Below are positions 28,757-51,555 of a stretch of DNA of 64,000 bases, in pieces. The position numbers and the translations under genes were made by a program. Positions within the stretch are counted from its first letter, which is position 1. Each line of letters begins with the position of its first letter. Location: assembly GCA_963693365.1 (NCBI GenBank), contig CAVNZM010000008.1:8498818-8562817 (forward strand). The letters run 5' to 3'. Source of the DNA: Amoebidium appalachense. Taxonomy: Eukaryota; Protista; Ichthyosporea. The notes beneath the pieces are model-generated. The model ran no database searches and had not been told where the DNA came from. It worked only from the letters and a program-made list of their open reading frames with translations.

Positions 28757-28973
28757 TTTCTTTTTTTTTTTTTTTATCACGTTTTGTTCCCGGAGAGCCT
28801 TTTCAGGCCATCTAGGGAAACTACCGTCTACCACACAGCACCGACAGTACACTAGTTAAGGTGCTATCTATGAGTTCAGCTAAGCTAAACCATCCTTCAC
28901 AACCTAACTATAATAATAAGTACACACTTTGCCCAGGGCTACTACCCCAGCCACGCCGGCAGGAGTAAAAAAC
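28757..28973 (-). mobile_element. Short poly(A)-tailed retroposed insertion (SINE or 5'-truncated LINE end)
   Basis: 14-bp TSD AAATGGTGTGTAGT at 28743-28756 and 28974-28987. T-tract at 28757-28775 is the poly(A) tail on the minus strand. Confidence 0.8.
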
Positions 28974-29164
28974 AAATGGTGTGTAGTATAACAGCTATTA
29001 AAGAAAAACAAAACAAGAGCACAGGAGGGATAAGCCTTTTATCACGAGAGCACATGGCATATAGTACTTACTATAGCCTACTGATCACGATGACGGAGAT
29101 AGTTTTTTCCCCTCGGGGTAAACGTCACAGTATTTGAATAAACTTCATACAAATTAGGGCTGCT

Positions 29165-29872
29165 TTATATTACTAATGCCTCTCTCACCATGTGCCAATG
29201 CGTAAAACTCCCTCCCGCCACCTTAACCTCCACAGGCCCACGCCTCACCGCAAACCCTATCCTTGCATACAACCGCACATTCTCCGGTTTGTGCGTGACC
29301 AAGTCGAACGGGATGTTCTCCGTTGCGCTGAACATCTCAATTGCCTTTTTTAGCATTATCGAACCATATCCCTTCCCTTGCTCTTTCTCAGACACCGCCA
29401 CGTATTCCACCACCCACCTGTCGTGCTTTTTCGTTCCATCAATTTCCATCTCCTTCTCTAAAGCTACTATCGCAGCGGTGGAGCGTTTCACAACCTCCCA
29501 AGGAAACTGGAACAGCACGCGCCACAATCCGTGCCAAAAATACTGCAAAGTGTATGGGTCTGCGCTCGTATCTGTCGTTCTGTACACCGTCACATGTCCA
29601 ACAATAGCCTCCGGTGAAAAACTTCCTGAGCGTGAGTCTTCTTCGGTGACACCTGAAACGAGCACCCACTCGTGTGGAAGGAAAATTCCAGACAACGTGG
29701 AAAACCACACAGACATGAAGTCTCGCCGTGTCCTCTCGTCCGCGGAAAAAAGGGTAATAATAGGGTAGTTTGCATACGCGCCTGTGAGGACCTCGTGCGT
29801 GGCCTTGATGTGCTCCGGTGAGAGCTTTGAAAGTGGGACCAGAAAGCACGATTTTTCGTTTGCATGTGCCAT
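29165..29872 (-). CDS. GNAT-family N-acetyltransferase, intronless, 235 aa
   Basis: VEYVAVSEKEQGKGYGSIML (acetyl-CoA motif A, QxxGxG) and LVTHKPENVRLYARIGF (motif B). TATATAAA on the minus strand at 29946-29939. Confidence 0.9.
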   Translation of the reverse strand: MAHANEKSCFLVPLSKLSPEHIKATHEVLTGAYANYPIITLFSADERTRRDFMSVWFSTLSGIFLPHEWVLVSGVTEEDSRSGSFSPEAIVGHVTVYRTTDTSADPYTLQYFWHGLWRVLFQFPWEVVKRSTAAIVALEKEMEIDGTKKHDRWVVEYVAVSEKEQGKGYGSIMLKKAIEMFSATENIPFDLVTHKPENVRLYARIGFAVRRGPVEVKVAGGSFTHWHMVREALVI

Positions 29873-30782
29873 TTTTCCTCGGTGTGTATGTGTATCTAGT
29901 ATTAGGTGTGTGGGTACTGTACCGTCACCATCGCACCCTTTATATACAGTGTAGAAATAGGTGTATACTTTTTATAAAACACAAAAAAAAGTAGGAATAT
30001 ACGTGCACACTCGCCACTATAGTAGTCTGAGGCTCATGACTATAGCTAGGAAGCACAATTGCAACGAGCTAGCTCCAATTTGAAGAGAAAACGACTGTGA
30101 TTTCAAAGACGTACCGTGTGTAACAATTAAAAGGACTAATAATTTCTGCAGCTGCCCACGATTTAATTGATACTTGCTGACAAACGCCTGATAATGTTCC
30201 GTAGCCTTTTTATAGTTTCCAAACTGAATGCTCCTTGCCCCTTCTTCCGACTCGTGGCGTGTCACATGCAAACGTTGGGGTGCACACGTATGAGTGCTGA
30301 CGTAATTCTGGCCTACACACTTCCTATTGGTCCCTATCTTCTCAACTGACAAATATGCATCCTGACAATCATCCAATCGTGTGTGTGTACAAAACTGGTT
30401 AGGCCAAAGTGGCTCACGGAATCGGGGAAATGGCCCAATCGTATCCCTCCACTACAGTTGCGTAATCACCACCTGATTTCGCACGTGGTTTTGTTATGCA
30501 TGTACGTGGGCTGGTTCCATGAAGTTTGGGGTCTCTGCAAAACACCTGAAAGAGATTCTAGAGAATAGTATCACTCTGTATATACTAAACGATGCAACGC
30601 GCCTACTAGTTGGAGCAAAAATACAATTTGGCTGCATTCGATTACTATTTGTGCGGGGTGGGTGGGTGCATGTATTGTCCCCCCCCCCCCCCCCCCCCCC
30701 CCCCATATCCCCCCCCCCCCCCCCCCCCCCCCCCGGCGGAGGGGGGAGGTTTCTTTTCTTTTCCTTTTTTTTTTTTTTTTTT

Positions 30783-30829
<47 letters not shown>

Positions 30830-31385
30830 GGGAGGGGGGGGGGGGGGGGATCGGGCTCCACACGCCTGGCATCAGCAGACAAAGAGTACGTTTTTGTTCT
30901 CACCAGTCTTGTACAACAAGACGTTTAACTGCCCGCCTGCAGCCATGTGCATACGCATACATCTACACAGCCACATATCAATTGCAACCACAAACCCTGT
31001 TCATTTCACACTAAGACTGAAAGTTCCTGATCATGATGGGATACTGTATAATTAATAATTCCGTGACCTCAAAAAGGAATCGAACAGAAAGAGAGAGGGG
31101 AAGAAGAGGCCGGGGGAGCTTCAGGGAGGGGAAAAAATGAGTCGGGCCTATATTAGGCCTACAATGTGTTAAAGAGAAAGGGATCCGAGGGGAACGGGGA
31201 GGTGAGGAAACGGAGTGCCGACAGCTACTTGGTGCACTTGTTTGTGTGCGGTGCTTTGTGTGCACGTGAAAGTGTGTGCGCTCGTGCGTGTCCGGAAAGG
31301 ACCATGCATGTGGGTAAATTTCCGTGCTCTCTCACTCTTCCATCCCCTCTCTTTCTCTCCCAATCCCTCTCTCTCTCTCCCTCCC

Positions 31386-31437
<52 letters not shown>

Positions 31438-31631
31438 CCCCCCTCTCTCCCTCTCTCGAGATCTCATCCTTCTTCCACCCCCTAACCCCCTCTCTCCCCC
31501 TCTCCCTCTCTTCCCCGGCCCTAACTTCTTGCTCCCCCTCCTTTCTCTGTTTCTCTTTCCTTCTCCTTCTCACACACACACACAGACCCACACACACACA
31601 CACACAGACACACACACACACACTCTTTCTC

Positions 31632-31733
<102 letters not shown>

Positions 31734-32004
31734 GTGTGTGTGTGCGCGCGCTTATGTGTGTGCGTGTGTGTGTGTGCGGGTGCAAGTAGCGTGTGTACTG
31801 TACTCATACCATAAAAAGAAGACGAAAAAAAAAAAAAAAGAAAGAAAGAAAAGAGAGAAAAAGCTACAAACCTACGACTGTCCATACGTGCTCTTTCAAC
31901 GTCATCACACCATACTACTCAGCAGCTACCAATTTGAAAGCCGCAATACTACAATCACTTCGTTTTAATTCAAAAAATAGGCGGAACACAAAATTGGATG
32001 TTGG

Positions 32005-38451
<6,447 letters not shown>

Positions 38452-39424
38452 CTGAAACCCGATAAGTCAAGCCCGGAAGTGGGGAATAGTGGGCCGTGAA
38501 TAGCAAGTAGATGTTATGTTCTTGAACTTACCGAAACCCAGCTGGTTACCCATATAACGTAGAAGGGAATGTGTGTGCTTTTGTAGGGGGAAGCTGTAGT
38601 AGTAGGCCTATACTTCTGTACCTTCGGGAGTCAATGGCGGCGTTTTCAAAGATTTTGGCCAAAAAGACTTGTCACTGTCACAGTACGGAATAAAAGCAAG
38701 GAATGTAGGAATGTTATTTTCGCGGGTTTACTATATACGGTTCACAAAAGTGGTGCTTAATTGGTTTATCCAAATCGAATAAAACTTACAACACCATATT
38801 TGGTTACAGTTGGCTCTCTACGATAAGATAAAAATCACTGTTATTTCTTTCCGCTTTTCCGTTGGATTTCATAATCGTTCGTTCCATCGTTCGTCTGAGG
38901 CTCTACCTCTGGCTCTTACGTCACGTGTCCCTCCCCATGCATCGATCACGTGGGGCAGTGGCCTGCTAGCATGAGAAAGCCAATGTGGTTTGCTTGACAC
39001 GGTGTGTAATTCCAGCAACGTAAAACTTGAAACATTTACTACTGATTTTTTTTTGGAAATACATATTTAGTGCCTCGAAGAAGAATGAAGGTTTGAAGGT
39101 TCAAGGCAACGCTCACGTTGGGCGAGCTCCGTGCGTGCAGGCCTTAGACTACTGTACCCTTGCAAGGAGGGAAACGTGAGCGACTTAAGCTCTTTGCCCA
39201 TCATGGACACCATCATGTGAATGCGGATTTAAATTGATGTTCTGGGGGAGAACATGATATGGATGGCAAATAAGAAGCCTCCGGATCCGATCGATGAGCC
39301 AAAGACAGCCCCTCTCACTCTCTTTTCCTCCATATACGTATACATCACCCTTTCTCAGATCCCAGTCTCTAAAACGTACGCTGGCCTTCTGTTGTGCCAA
39401 ACCCACGCATTACTACCTGTGACC

Positions 39425-40252
39425 ATGGGCACTTCAGGGCGGCGTGCTGCCGCCACCACCCTTTCAACACCTGCATCTCCTTTCTCGTTGTGTTTCCTCT
39501 TCTTCCTCCTCCTCCTCCTTTTCTCTTGCACACATGCCCTCCCCACGTGGTCATTCTCCCCCGCTCTCCACACCGAAAACAATGCACACTCCCTCTCAAA
39601 TTTCCGTGACACCCGTCATTACACCACCACCTCCGCCCCTCTTCATCGTTTTCGCCGTCAGGAAACCATCGCCACTCAACGTTGCGGCCTCGTCTGCCAG
39701 CAGTCCCCAGGCCGTGTGTTTTGCATCGCAATCAGCCCGGGGGCATTCCAACTGACCCCCACCGGCTGCGCCTACAACTGCCAAGCCCCCGAGTGTCTTG
39801 GTCCCGGCCCAGCCTTTTCCCCACCAACCCCGCCACCCACCGCTCCCCCCGGTACAACATGGCCACCTTCCACCCCTCCTCCCACCTGGCCCCCAAGCAC
39901 CGGAAATCCTCCCCCCTCTACCTGGCCTCCTGGGCCGGGAACTGCCCCGCCAGGCACGTGGCCGCCCACATCACCTCCCCCCTCCACTTGGCCTCCGGGG
40001 ACCTTTCCTGGCGGCACACCTTCCGGACCCAGTTTTCCTCCCACCACCCCTGGCTGGCCTCCTTCTACACCGGGGGGTACAACTTGGCCCCCGTCGGTAC
40101 CGGGGTGGCCCCCGGGTGGTTCTGGAACGTTCCCCCCCGGAACGGTACCGGGTTTTGGTGGAAACCCTGGACGTCCCACCTCCCCTGGTGGTTGGCTTGA
40201 TCGGTGGCTGGGCGGGATTATTGGTGGTGGTGGTGGTGGTCGCTTCGGTTGA
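39425..40252 (+). CDS. Secreted Pro/Thr/Gly-rich protein with a 6-Cys domain and eight WPP repeats, intronless, ~275 aa
   Basis: Signal peptide FSLCFLFFLLLLLFSCTHA; RFRR convertase site; CGLVC..C..C..C..C domain; (T/G)WPP x8; Gly-rich tail. Codon third positions vary, so this is not a simple DNA repeat. The ORF is open from 39254; ATG 39425 is preferred because of the signal-peptide position. Confidence 0.8.
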   Translation: MGTSGRRAAATTLSTPASPFSLCFLFFLLLLLFSCTHALPTWSFSPALHTENNAHSLSNFRDTRHYTTTSAPLHRFRRQETIATQRCGLVCQQSPGRVFCIAISPGAFQLTPTGCAYNCQAPECLGPGPAFSPPTPPPTAPPGTTWPPSTPPPTWPPSTGNPPPSTWPPGPGTAPPGTWPPTSPPPSTWPPGTFPGGTPSGPSFPPTTPGWPPSTPGGTTWPPSVPGWPPGGSGTFPPGTVPGFGGNPGRPTSPGGWLDRWLGGIIGGGGGGRFG

Positions 40253-41093
40253 AAGTCACTCTTGACGATTCGTTGTTATTTAGTTGTTTGTAGAGGCAGG
40301 TTGAGAAATGATGGTGTGTGTATTTTGGGGTAAAGGCACAGGGAAAAAATAGGTGTATGTCGGAGGGACAGAATTTTTGGCAAGAGAGGCTGGCAACACA
40401 CTGTTGCCAAGAGTTTTCTTGTTTTTTCGTTGCCGGCATTTTTGACAGCTCACTTTTCGAGAAACCCTCAACCTTAACTGAGCGTTAACGTGACTATTAT
40501 TTACACGGGGCTTTTGATGTTTTTGGTCTACACAGGTGTAGGCTGCAAACCACAATTTGGATGCAGTCACTGTAAAGACCTTAGCCATTTCACTACTGGG
40601 AAGAAGTAATCCGGGGTTCAAATACCACAAAACATTCGGTTGCTGGGACTACTATTGTGTTTGACAGAGTTGGACAAACCGTTGTGTGACTCGTACATAG
40701 TATTGTATCCACTGTGGCTGTTGTTCTCACAATGGACCAGCCCTCACATATTGGTGCAACTGAGATCTGCACAGTGAGGATAGATTTAAATTTGAATTAC
40801 CCACACTTTTATTATCACGCCGCCCCTGTTGATACCGTTACATCTATGGCGATCTACACATTGCGCCTAAATGAGCAAAAGGGGAGAAAAGAGGGCAAAC
40901 AAAGAATGAAAGGCGAAAAAATGGAAAGCAGAAAACAGAGGCCCGAGAATATGAGTAGTAAAGCAACAGGGAGAGCCTGATTAGCGCAAAAAGGGTGGTC
41001 GCTTGAAAGAAACTTAGAAGTTGATCAATTTCAGTGCATGCCTAAGAAATTCGCTTCAGAAGTCAACAACACCCCGTGTACAGCATACCTGAA

Positions 41094-41129
<36 letters not shown>

Positions 41130-41540
41130 CCCCCCCGCCCCACCTTTTTTTGCCTCATCCTAACCTTGTAGGTACGCACGCACGCCACCCAATCATTCGC
41201 AAGGCGCACTCTGACCTCCCCCCTCCCTCCTTTCCCCCGCGCCCCCCTCCCTCCATCCCCCCCCCATCCCCCCCCCCCCCCCCCCCCCCCCCCCTCTCCC
41301 CCACCCAAAAAAAAAAGAAAAAAAGAAAAAAAGAAAAAGACCACCACCACCACCACCCCGTGCATATCCAGCTCTTCTTACCCTTTCCCTCGGGATGGGA
41401 GAGAAGGAAGGAGAGGGGGAGGGGGGGGGGGGGGGGGGGGGGGGAAAGGAGGGGGGGAGAGGGTCAGGGGGTGGAAGGTTGGGGGGAGGGGGTTGTTTCA
41501 TTCGACTTCGGTTTCCACCAATACAACTGCCCCCCTCCGG

Positions 41541-41590
<50 letters not shown>

Positions 41591-41692
41591 CCCCCCTCCA
41601 ATCCCCACCTTACTTCTCATTCCGTCCTAGTCCGAGCCAAAAAAGAAACAAATAGGTGGTGCCCTTACAAAAACACCCACAGCATGCATGTG

Positions 41693-41771
<79 letters not shown>

Positions 41772-41859
41772 CACACACCATTATTGCACACGCACAACAC
41801 AAACATACATGCCTACATATACTATAATGCCATAAAAACGCGCACATGCGCACACACGT

Positions 41860-41967
<108 letters not shown>

Positions 41968-42117
41968 CACACCAGATTCTTGTCCATGACGTTAAACAAA
42001 TGGGCCATAAACCAACCGATAAATCTTTCCTCCCTTTTATATGTTCGTTGGGGTGGCTTTTGTTAGAAAGCCTTGGGATCGTTTCAGGTTCCCTGAAAGT
42101 TAAACCTTTTTTTTTTT

Positions 42118-42161
<44 letters not shown>

Positions 42162-42579
42162 TGTGTGTGTATGTGCATGCATGCATGGGTGTGACTGTGT
42201 GTGTGTGTGCGTGCGCGCGCGTGTGTGTGCGTGTGCGTGTGCGTGTGCGTGTGCGTGTGCGTGTGCGTGTGTGCGTGTGCGTGTGCGTGTGCGTGTGCGT
42301 GTGCGTGTGCGTGTGCGTGTGCGTGTGCGTGTGCGTGTGCGTGTGCGTGTGCGTGTGCGTGGGCGTGGGCGTGGGCGTGGGCGTGGGCGTGGACGTGGGC
42401 GTGGGCGTGTGTGTGTGCAGGGGTAGGGGGGAGAGAGCGGGAGAGAAGGGGGGGGGGGGGGGGGGAGGGGGGGGAGGGGGGGAGGGGGAGAGAGGGGGAG
42501 GAAGTTTCATACATGGAGAGATGCACTACCTGCCACGGTGCTGGATATATTTGTTGCATTGGGGAGGGAGGTGGGGCCA

Positions 42580-42623
<44 letters not shown>

Positions 42624-42757
42624 GTGTTAATTTAACGATCATGATCATTACCTTTTTGGAAAGCTACCCAAATAAAGTAACACACTGCCGCGGTGTGACA
42701 CACACGCCGCACACAGATACGTACACTCATGCCATGATACTGCACAGCACACACTTG

Positions 42758-42789
<32 letters not shown>

Positions 42790-42857
42790 ATACACATGCC
42801 CGCCCCCACGGCACCGTAGCACACACACACAGTTCACACACCCACTCACACACGTGT

Positions 42858-43216
42858 TAAATTCTGCAAAAACAGGATTATAGTGCTGAAAGCAGACACT
42901 GTAGAGAGTCTGCTTTGAGCAAGTATATTCAGGCTGCTGCCGTGAGCAGAATAATTCTCCTTTCTGCAGAATAACCCATCTCTAACAGAATCATTTCGCT
43001 CAAAGCAGAATACAGATAGATTCTGCTCAAAGTTTGGCAGAGTAATTCTGCTTAAAAATACAACTGTAAGATTTTCCTGCCGGCACCAGTAGTTCTGCTA
43101 ATAGCAGGAATAGTATCTGCTAAATGCAAAACAATTCTGCATTTTTGCACAGAATAATCCTGCACGGAGGAAGTTGGTTCTGTTGATGTAGTTAGGCCCT
43201 CTGAGAGTACTATACA
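42858..43216. repeat. Cluster of GCAGA(AT)/(AT)TCTGC motifs in both orientations (foldback/MITE-like)
   Basis: More than a dozen gcaga/tctgc words in ~350 bp. Short possible termini tatagtgct (42878) and agtactata (43208). Confidence 0.55.
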
Positions 43217-43242
43217 GCATATAAATTTATGTATCCCCCCCT

Positions 43243-43283
<41 letters not shown>

Positions 43284-43460
43284 GGAAGAAAAGAAAAAGA
43301 AAAAACACCCCACCCACCCCATGGCCATCCTATCCTGGACAACCTCCTATAACATTCTTCGGCACGCAACAAAAAAACAAACAAACAAAAAAAAACTGCA
43401 CAACCACTACAGTACACAGTGTGCAAATGTCATGACCCAAGTCACCCGGTGCTTTCTATG

Positions 43461-44586
43461 CTACCTGCGATAGATATTCGTTGTCGTCCCAAACAAAGTC
43501 ATTAAATAGCTCCCAAGCAGTGTGGCACGTTCTTTTGCCTTTTCAAACCCTAACCCCGCACCAAATTCTTTCCACAAAACGGGATAAAACAGATGGGATG
43601 GAAGCACTTTAAATTCCACAGAAACTGTTGTTTTTATCGGAATATACGGTGTAAACCCTTTTGTACCGTTGAATGTCATGTCGGTGAGTGGTAGGCCGGG
43701 CCCTGTTACTTTCCATGCAGGCCCCGCGGACGTCCACGAACTTTGATGTTTTATCATTTCCGCCAAGAGTGTGTGTGCTGTAACGGTGCTTGGGCGGCAT
43801 CCTAGAACACTGTTACCAAGCAGACCACTGGGAGTATCAACCTTGAGTTCGATATTCTGCTGTGACTCTTATGACACAAAACACTCGTGGGAATTTCCAA
43901 CTGTCAGAAGAGTCGTCAAATCCCGGAAACACAGGGTATCTGCGTCAATGTATATGCCTCCAAACCGCTTTAGTATCGTTATACGTAGGATGTCTGTGAA
44001 TTTCAGAAGGGTGTCACGTTTGGATAAAGACGCCGTCATTTTCTCTTTAGTCATGTTTAGTTTCTGTGTTTGCTCGTCGCATTTGAGCAACCTTCCGAGC
44101 AACGTATCCATCCATAAAATGTAACCAAACCCATGATGCCCAAGCATGTCTCTACATCCCTCCATGACTTCCCGAGGGGCCTTCTGAGTGTTTCCCAGCC
44201 ACAATTGATGAACCAAACGTGGGATTTGTGCCTTTTCAAAGCGTTCCAAGGCAAAGACGTTACATGGGTCTTGTTTTATCTCTTTCGAATTCAGTAGTGT
44301 AGAGATTAGGTCTCCTGCAGCATCCAGAACAGTGGCAGAAATAGGGGAACTGATAGGCTCTAAGCTTAAACGTGAGCCTTCAAATTTGTTTACGATGTTT
44401 ACGTCGCTCATGTCTGTAACCTGCCCGTGTATACATGAAGCTCTGTTATGGAACGCTATTCTGTTGGCTATGTAGGCCATCAGACTAGAAAAATAGCGAC
44501 ACACAGAATGCCATCAAAACGAGGCTTACAATTAGGATCTTTTGTGACCCAGCCGTTGGTTTCCTACCACTATTAATAATATTCAT
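43461..44586 (-). pseudogene. Intronless DXD glycosyltransferase (GT32/Gly_transf_sug-like) with a frameshift and an in-frame stop
   Basis: Type II TM (KILIVSLVLMAFCVSLF), then an extra T at ~44490, then IPRLVHQLWLG, YILW, TDILRITILKRFGGIYIDADT. TAA at 43871-43869, then the same frame continues LLGNSVLGCRP...WKVTGPG...VLPSHLFYP to the stop at 43461. Confidence 0.85.
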
Positions 44587-44722
44587 CTTGGATGGTCTTC
44601 CAGTTCGTATACTGTATCTGGGCTCTCTTAAACGCGGTTGCTGCTTACAGTAAAGGTATCTTGCCAAGGGTGTCATCGTATGTAGACGGAGAGGCGTGCA
44701 CCATAAGCCCAATTGCAAAACC

Positions 44723-46131
44723 GAAGATGTCATGCACCAGATGCTTCGTCAGGTGGATGCACCGAGAATCTCACGACAGTCGGAATTGCAAAGTGTGCTA
44801 CTTTTTCGAAAAACGCTTCCTTTCGATTGGCCGGTCTTCCTATTCCTGTTCAGAGCACCTATGACTTATTCCTTTTACCGCACGGGATATATTGATTTCC
44901 GCAAGCTCCTCACGGCACGGATCGCTCGTGCGAAGGGTAAGCTTCACATCGTGTCAAATATGTTTCAACGGGAGTCTGTGATCCATCCTGCGAACCTTCT
45001 TCTCTACTATAAAACTTTTTTACGACCGACTTTCGAATATGGACTTCCGCTATTGGCCTGCGCCCCACCTCGCGAGGCGGCTGTGGCGCTGAAAGAGTTC
45101 GACGATTTTCAGGGTACTGCGCTGCGCACTTTGTTTCGTACTCGGTTTGTGCCTCCCTTATAATCAGTATGTTTGGATTGTCGTCTGCTGTTTGTCGTAT
45201 GGAGGAATTGTCTCTTCGTTTTTGTTTTCATTTAGTTAGGATACCTGATGGTCACCCCCTTTATGCTTTCTTTCCCCCCCCTCCCTCCATCCCTCTCCCC
45301 CCCCGATTCACCAACGCTACTTCTGAATGTCCTCAGCCTACCCTCTTTCAACCTGATTCTTCCTCTCGCTATCTCACTCCCTCTTTCTTTTCTCTTCCTG
45401 TTTTTTCTGCCTTTTCGCGTTATTACCATACGCAGTATAGATTTCTTTCTCGTTCTGATAGAGAAATCAAAGGTAAAACTCAGTCGGCATGTGTTATGTT
45501 CCTTAGGCAACACCGTACTGATCATTATCGCTTTTTGGGAGCTTTGGCAGGATACATTTCTCCTGCTGTACGTATGGATACCACCCTAGTAGATAATTCT
45601 GTATGGTGCTCTGATGTTGATCTTGCCTGGGAAGTTGTGCAGTGGCGTTGTAATTCTTGTTTTCATCGCCGCTGGTGCCACTTTTGTGCTGAACTTTTTA
45701 ATCGCAAGCATGTTGATAGGTGTGAGTTTTTATGTCGCGTTTTACCTCTTTCCCTACGGGTGTCTGCTACACTAGCTGGCAATGTGAACACTTAAGACTT
45801 TTTGTTGAATTCTGTTGGTCGTCACATTGAGTATTTATATGATTTTCACACAGTGTTCAGGTATCTCAGTATGCACTTGTTACTGGATAGCTCGTGAAGT
45901 GTCGTCACATTGAGTATTTATATGATTTTCACACAGTGTTCAGGTATCTCAGTATGCACTTGTTACTGGATAACTCGTGAAGTTTTTATTGTCTTCTCAG
46001 TATGCCTGCATACTTGCATATCTTTCCGTCGAATAAATCCAGTCAAAAGAAAAAGTTTTTATTGTCTTCTCAGTATGCCGTGCATACTTGCATATCTTTC
46101 CGTCGAATAAATCCAGTGAAAAGAAAAAAAA
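44723..46131 (+). mobile_element. 5'-truncated non-LTR retrotransposon (LINE) fragment
   Basis: LYYKTFLRPTFEYG post-RT motif, C-terminal CxxC-H-C knuckle (CHFCAELFNRKHVDRC), AATAAA and an A-rich tail. 9-bp TSD TGCAAAACC at 44714-44722 and 46132-46140. Internal stop and frameshift. Confidence 0.88.
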
Positions 46132-47001
46132 TGCAAAACCACAATGTGTGGGGTACGAAAAAAATTTCGGTTCAGGAATTCCAGCCAAAAGAAATTCCGT
46201 TACAGGCATAGGTCCTAGGAATGCCGGCGCACAGACTGAATCTTGTCCTTTATAGATTCTCACCCATAATATGTCTCTGTTTCAGCTTAGTGCATACATG
46301 TGGATATATGGGTCTTAGGCCTAGGGTCTCAAATACGAATCTAGTATATTACTTCGGGAGTGTGTAACAGAAGTCGAAACCCCTCAACTACGAAGTTTCG
46401 GGGGATGGTAAAGATGCGTTCCGGTCCAATTAAATCCACGATCGGATTCGACCCACGGACAGTTCCGTCGGTCCAACCACTGCACGGAAAGTTGTAGGCC
46501 TCGCGGTGTCTCAATTTCTCAAAGCCTTCAGCTTCAAGTCCAGCCTCGACAAGCTCCGTTACAAGCATAATAATCTCATTACTCTTATCTTATGACGGAA
46601 AAGACCCAAAGCGTTTCTGTACCACTATGGTAAACAACTCCTGAATCTGTTGCAGGAACTTACAGCTTGAAAGCGGCGTCGGAAGTCAAAGAGAAATTTT
46701 TCCGGATTGATTGTGGGTTGAAACTGTCACGACTCAATTAAAACTCATGGTACATTCAATAAACCGGTTCTTGTTAAAAACCCTGAGAGCACGTGCTGTG
46801 CACGCCATGCAGTGCATCACCAGAATAAATTCTTCTTATGAGTGGTACAGATGGTTGTATTTGCACAATCTCGGCTGAGCTTATAAGCCTTGCAAAACAT
46901 ATTCCCTTGGCCCGGAGACTGCCAGTGTGTTGGCTGGTAAATATCTTCTTTATTCTTACGAGGTGAGCACAAGACCAATACAAGCACCCACACACACAGA
47001 A

Positions 47002-47033
<32 letters not shown>

Positions 47034-47591
47034 GGGGGGGGTTGAACTTAGAAGATGTGGCCTATCATGTTCCTGATAGTCAAGATGCCTTCCCCCCCCC
47101 CCTCCCCTCCCCCCCCCCCCCCCCCCAAAGGCTTTCGAATTTCTTCCTGAAATTTCACATTCAATCGTGTCTTATGGGCTCCTGCACGATTATGCATCTT
47201 TGAGCCATGCAACTGCGCATGCCATGAAAGAGTTAACTGTTTATTCAACAAATCAAAATCATTCGATGCATAAATCATAACCATAGGGACGCACACAAGT
47301 GCCCCCTAATATTAGAGCGTCTCGGTCTAATTGTACCTGTAAGTTAGCACCAAAGAAATATACTTGTTTGTAACTTTACTGTATGTCGTAGTGTGGTTGT
47401 TTCTATTCGTGTACAAAGGTGCTCTGGAAGAGAGTGTTATGCACTTTAACTTTACTATAGATTAATAATACAAGAAAATTACGAAGGTTGGTCAGTCAAA
47501 TCTACAAGTCAACTAACTAATGATAGATTCGTGGCGCGTGTGTGATGTGTGTGTGAGTGCACGGGTGTTTGTGTGCGTATCTGTGTTACTA

Positions 47592-47655
<64 letters not shown>

Positions 47656-48046
47656 ACCCGCGCACACGTGTAACGCGTGCGTGTATGTGTGCATGCGGGT
47701 GTTTGCAGACGCGTGTGTGCGCATGTGTACGTAAGCGTGCACTTATACACACAATGCAATAGAGTCACATGTGTCCGGGGGCTCATAAAAACCATGAAAT
47801 GATCCGAGCGCGGGGCCCCTCCCCCTCCCCCCCCTCCCCTCTCCACACACACACATACTCACACACACACACACACCAAAAAAAACCTGGAAAATTCCAT
47901 CACAGCGTGTAAACAGCCAAGAGAAAGTGTCACAACTAATACTAACACTTCGCCAATCAAAGAAGAAGAGGCAAACGGTATTATCTCCAAGGCCTTATTG
48001 TTGAAACAACAGTGGTAGCTGCGGTTTCCGACAATCAAACACAACA

Positions 48047-51555
<3,509 letters not shown>

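Noticed and set aside
30017-30376. 119-aa ORF with a TPR-like stretch (GNYKKATEHYQ)
   Set aside because: Non-ATG start, no further motif and no convincing splice context.
43869-43871. In-frame TAA (also at 45793 and ~46590) as evidence of stop-codon reassignment
   Set aside because: PMT and the GNAT terminate at TAA, and the affected frames also carry frameshifts or lie in decayed elements.
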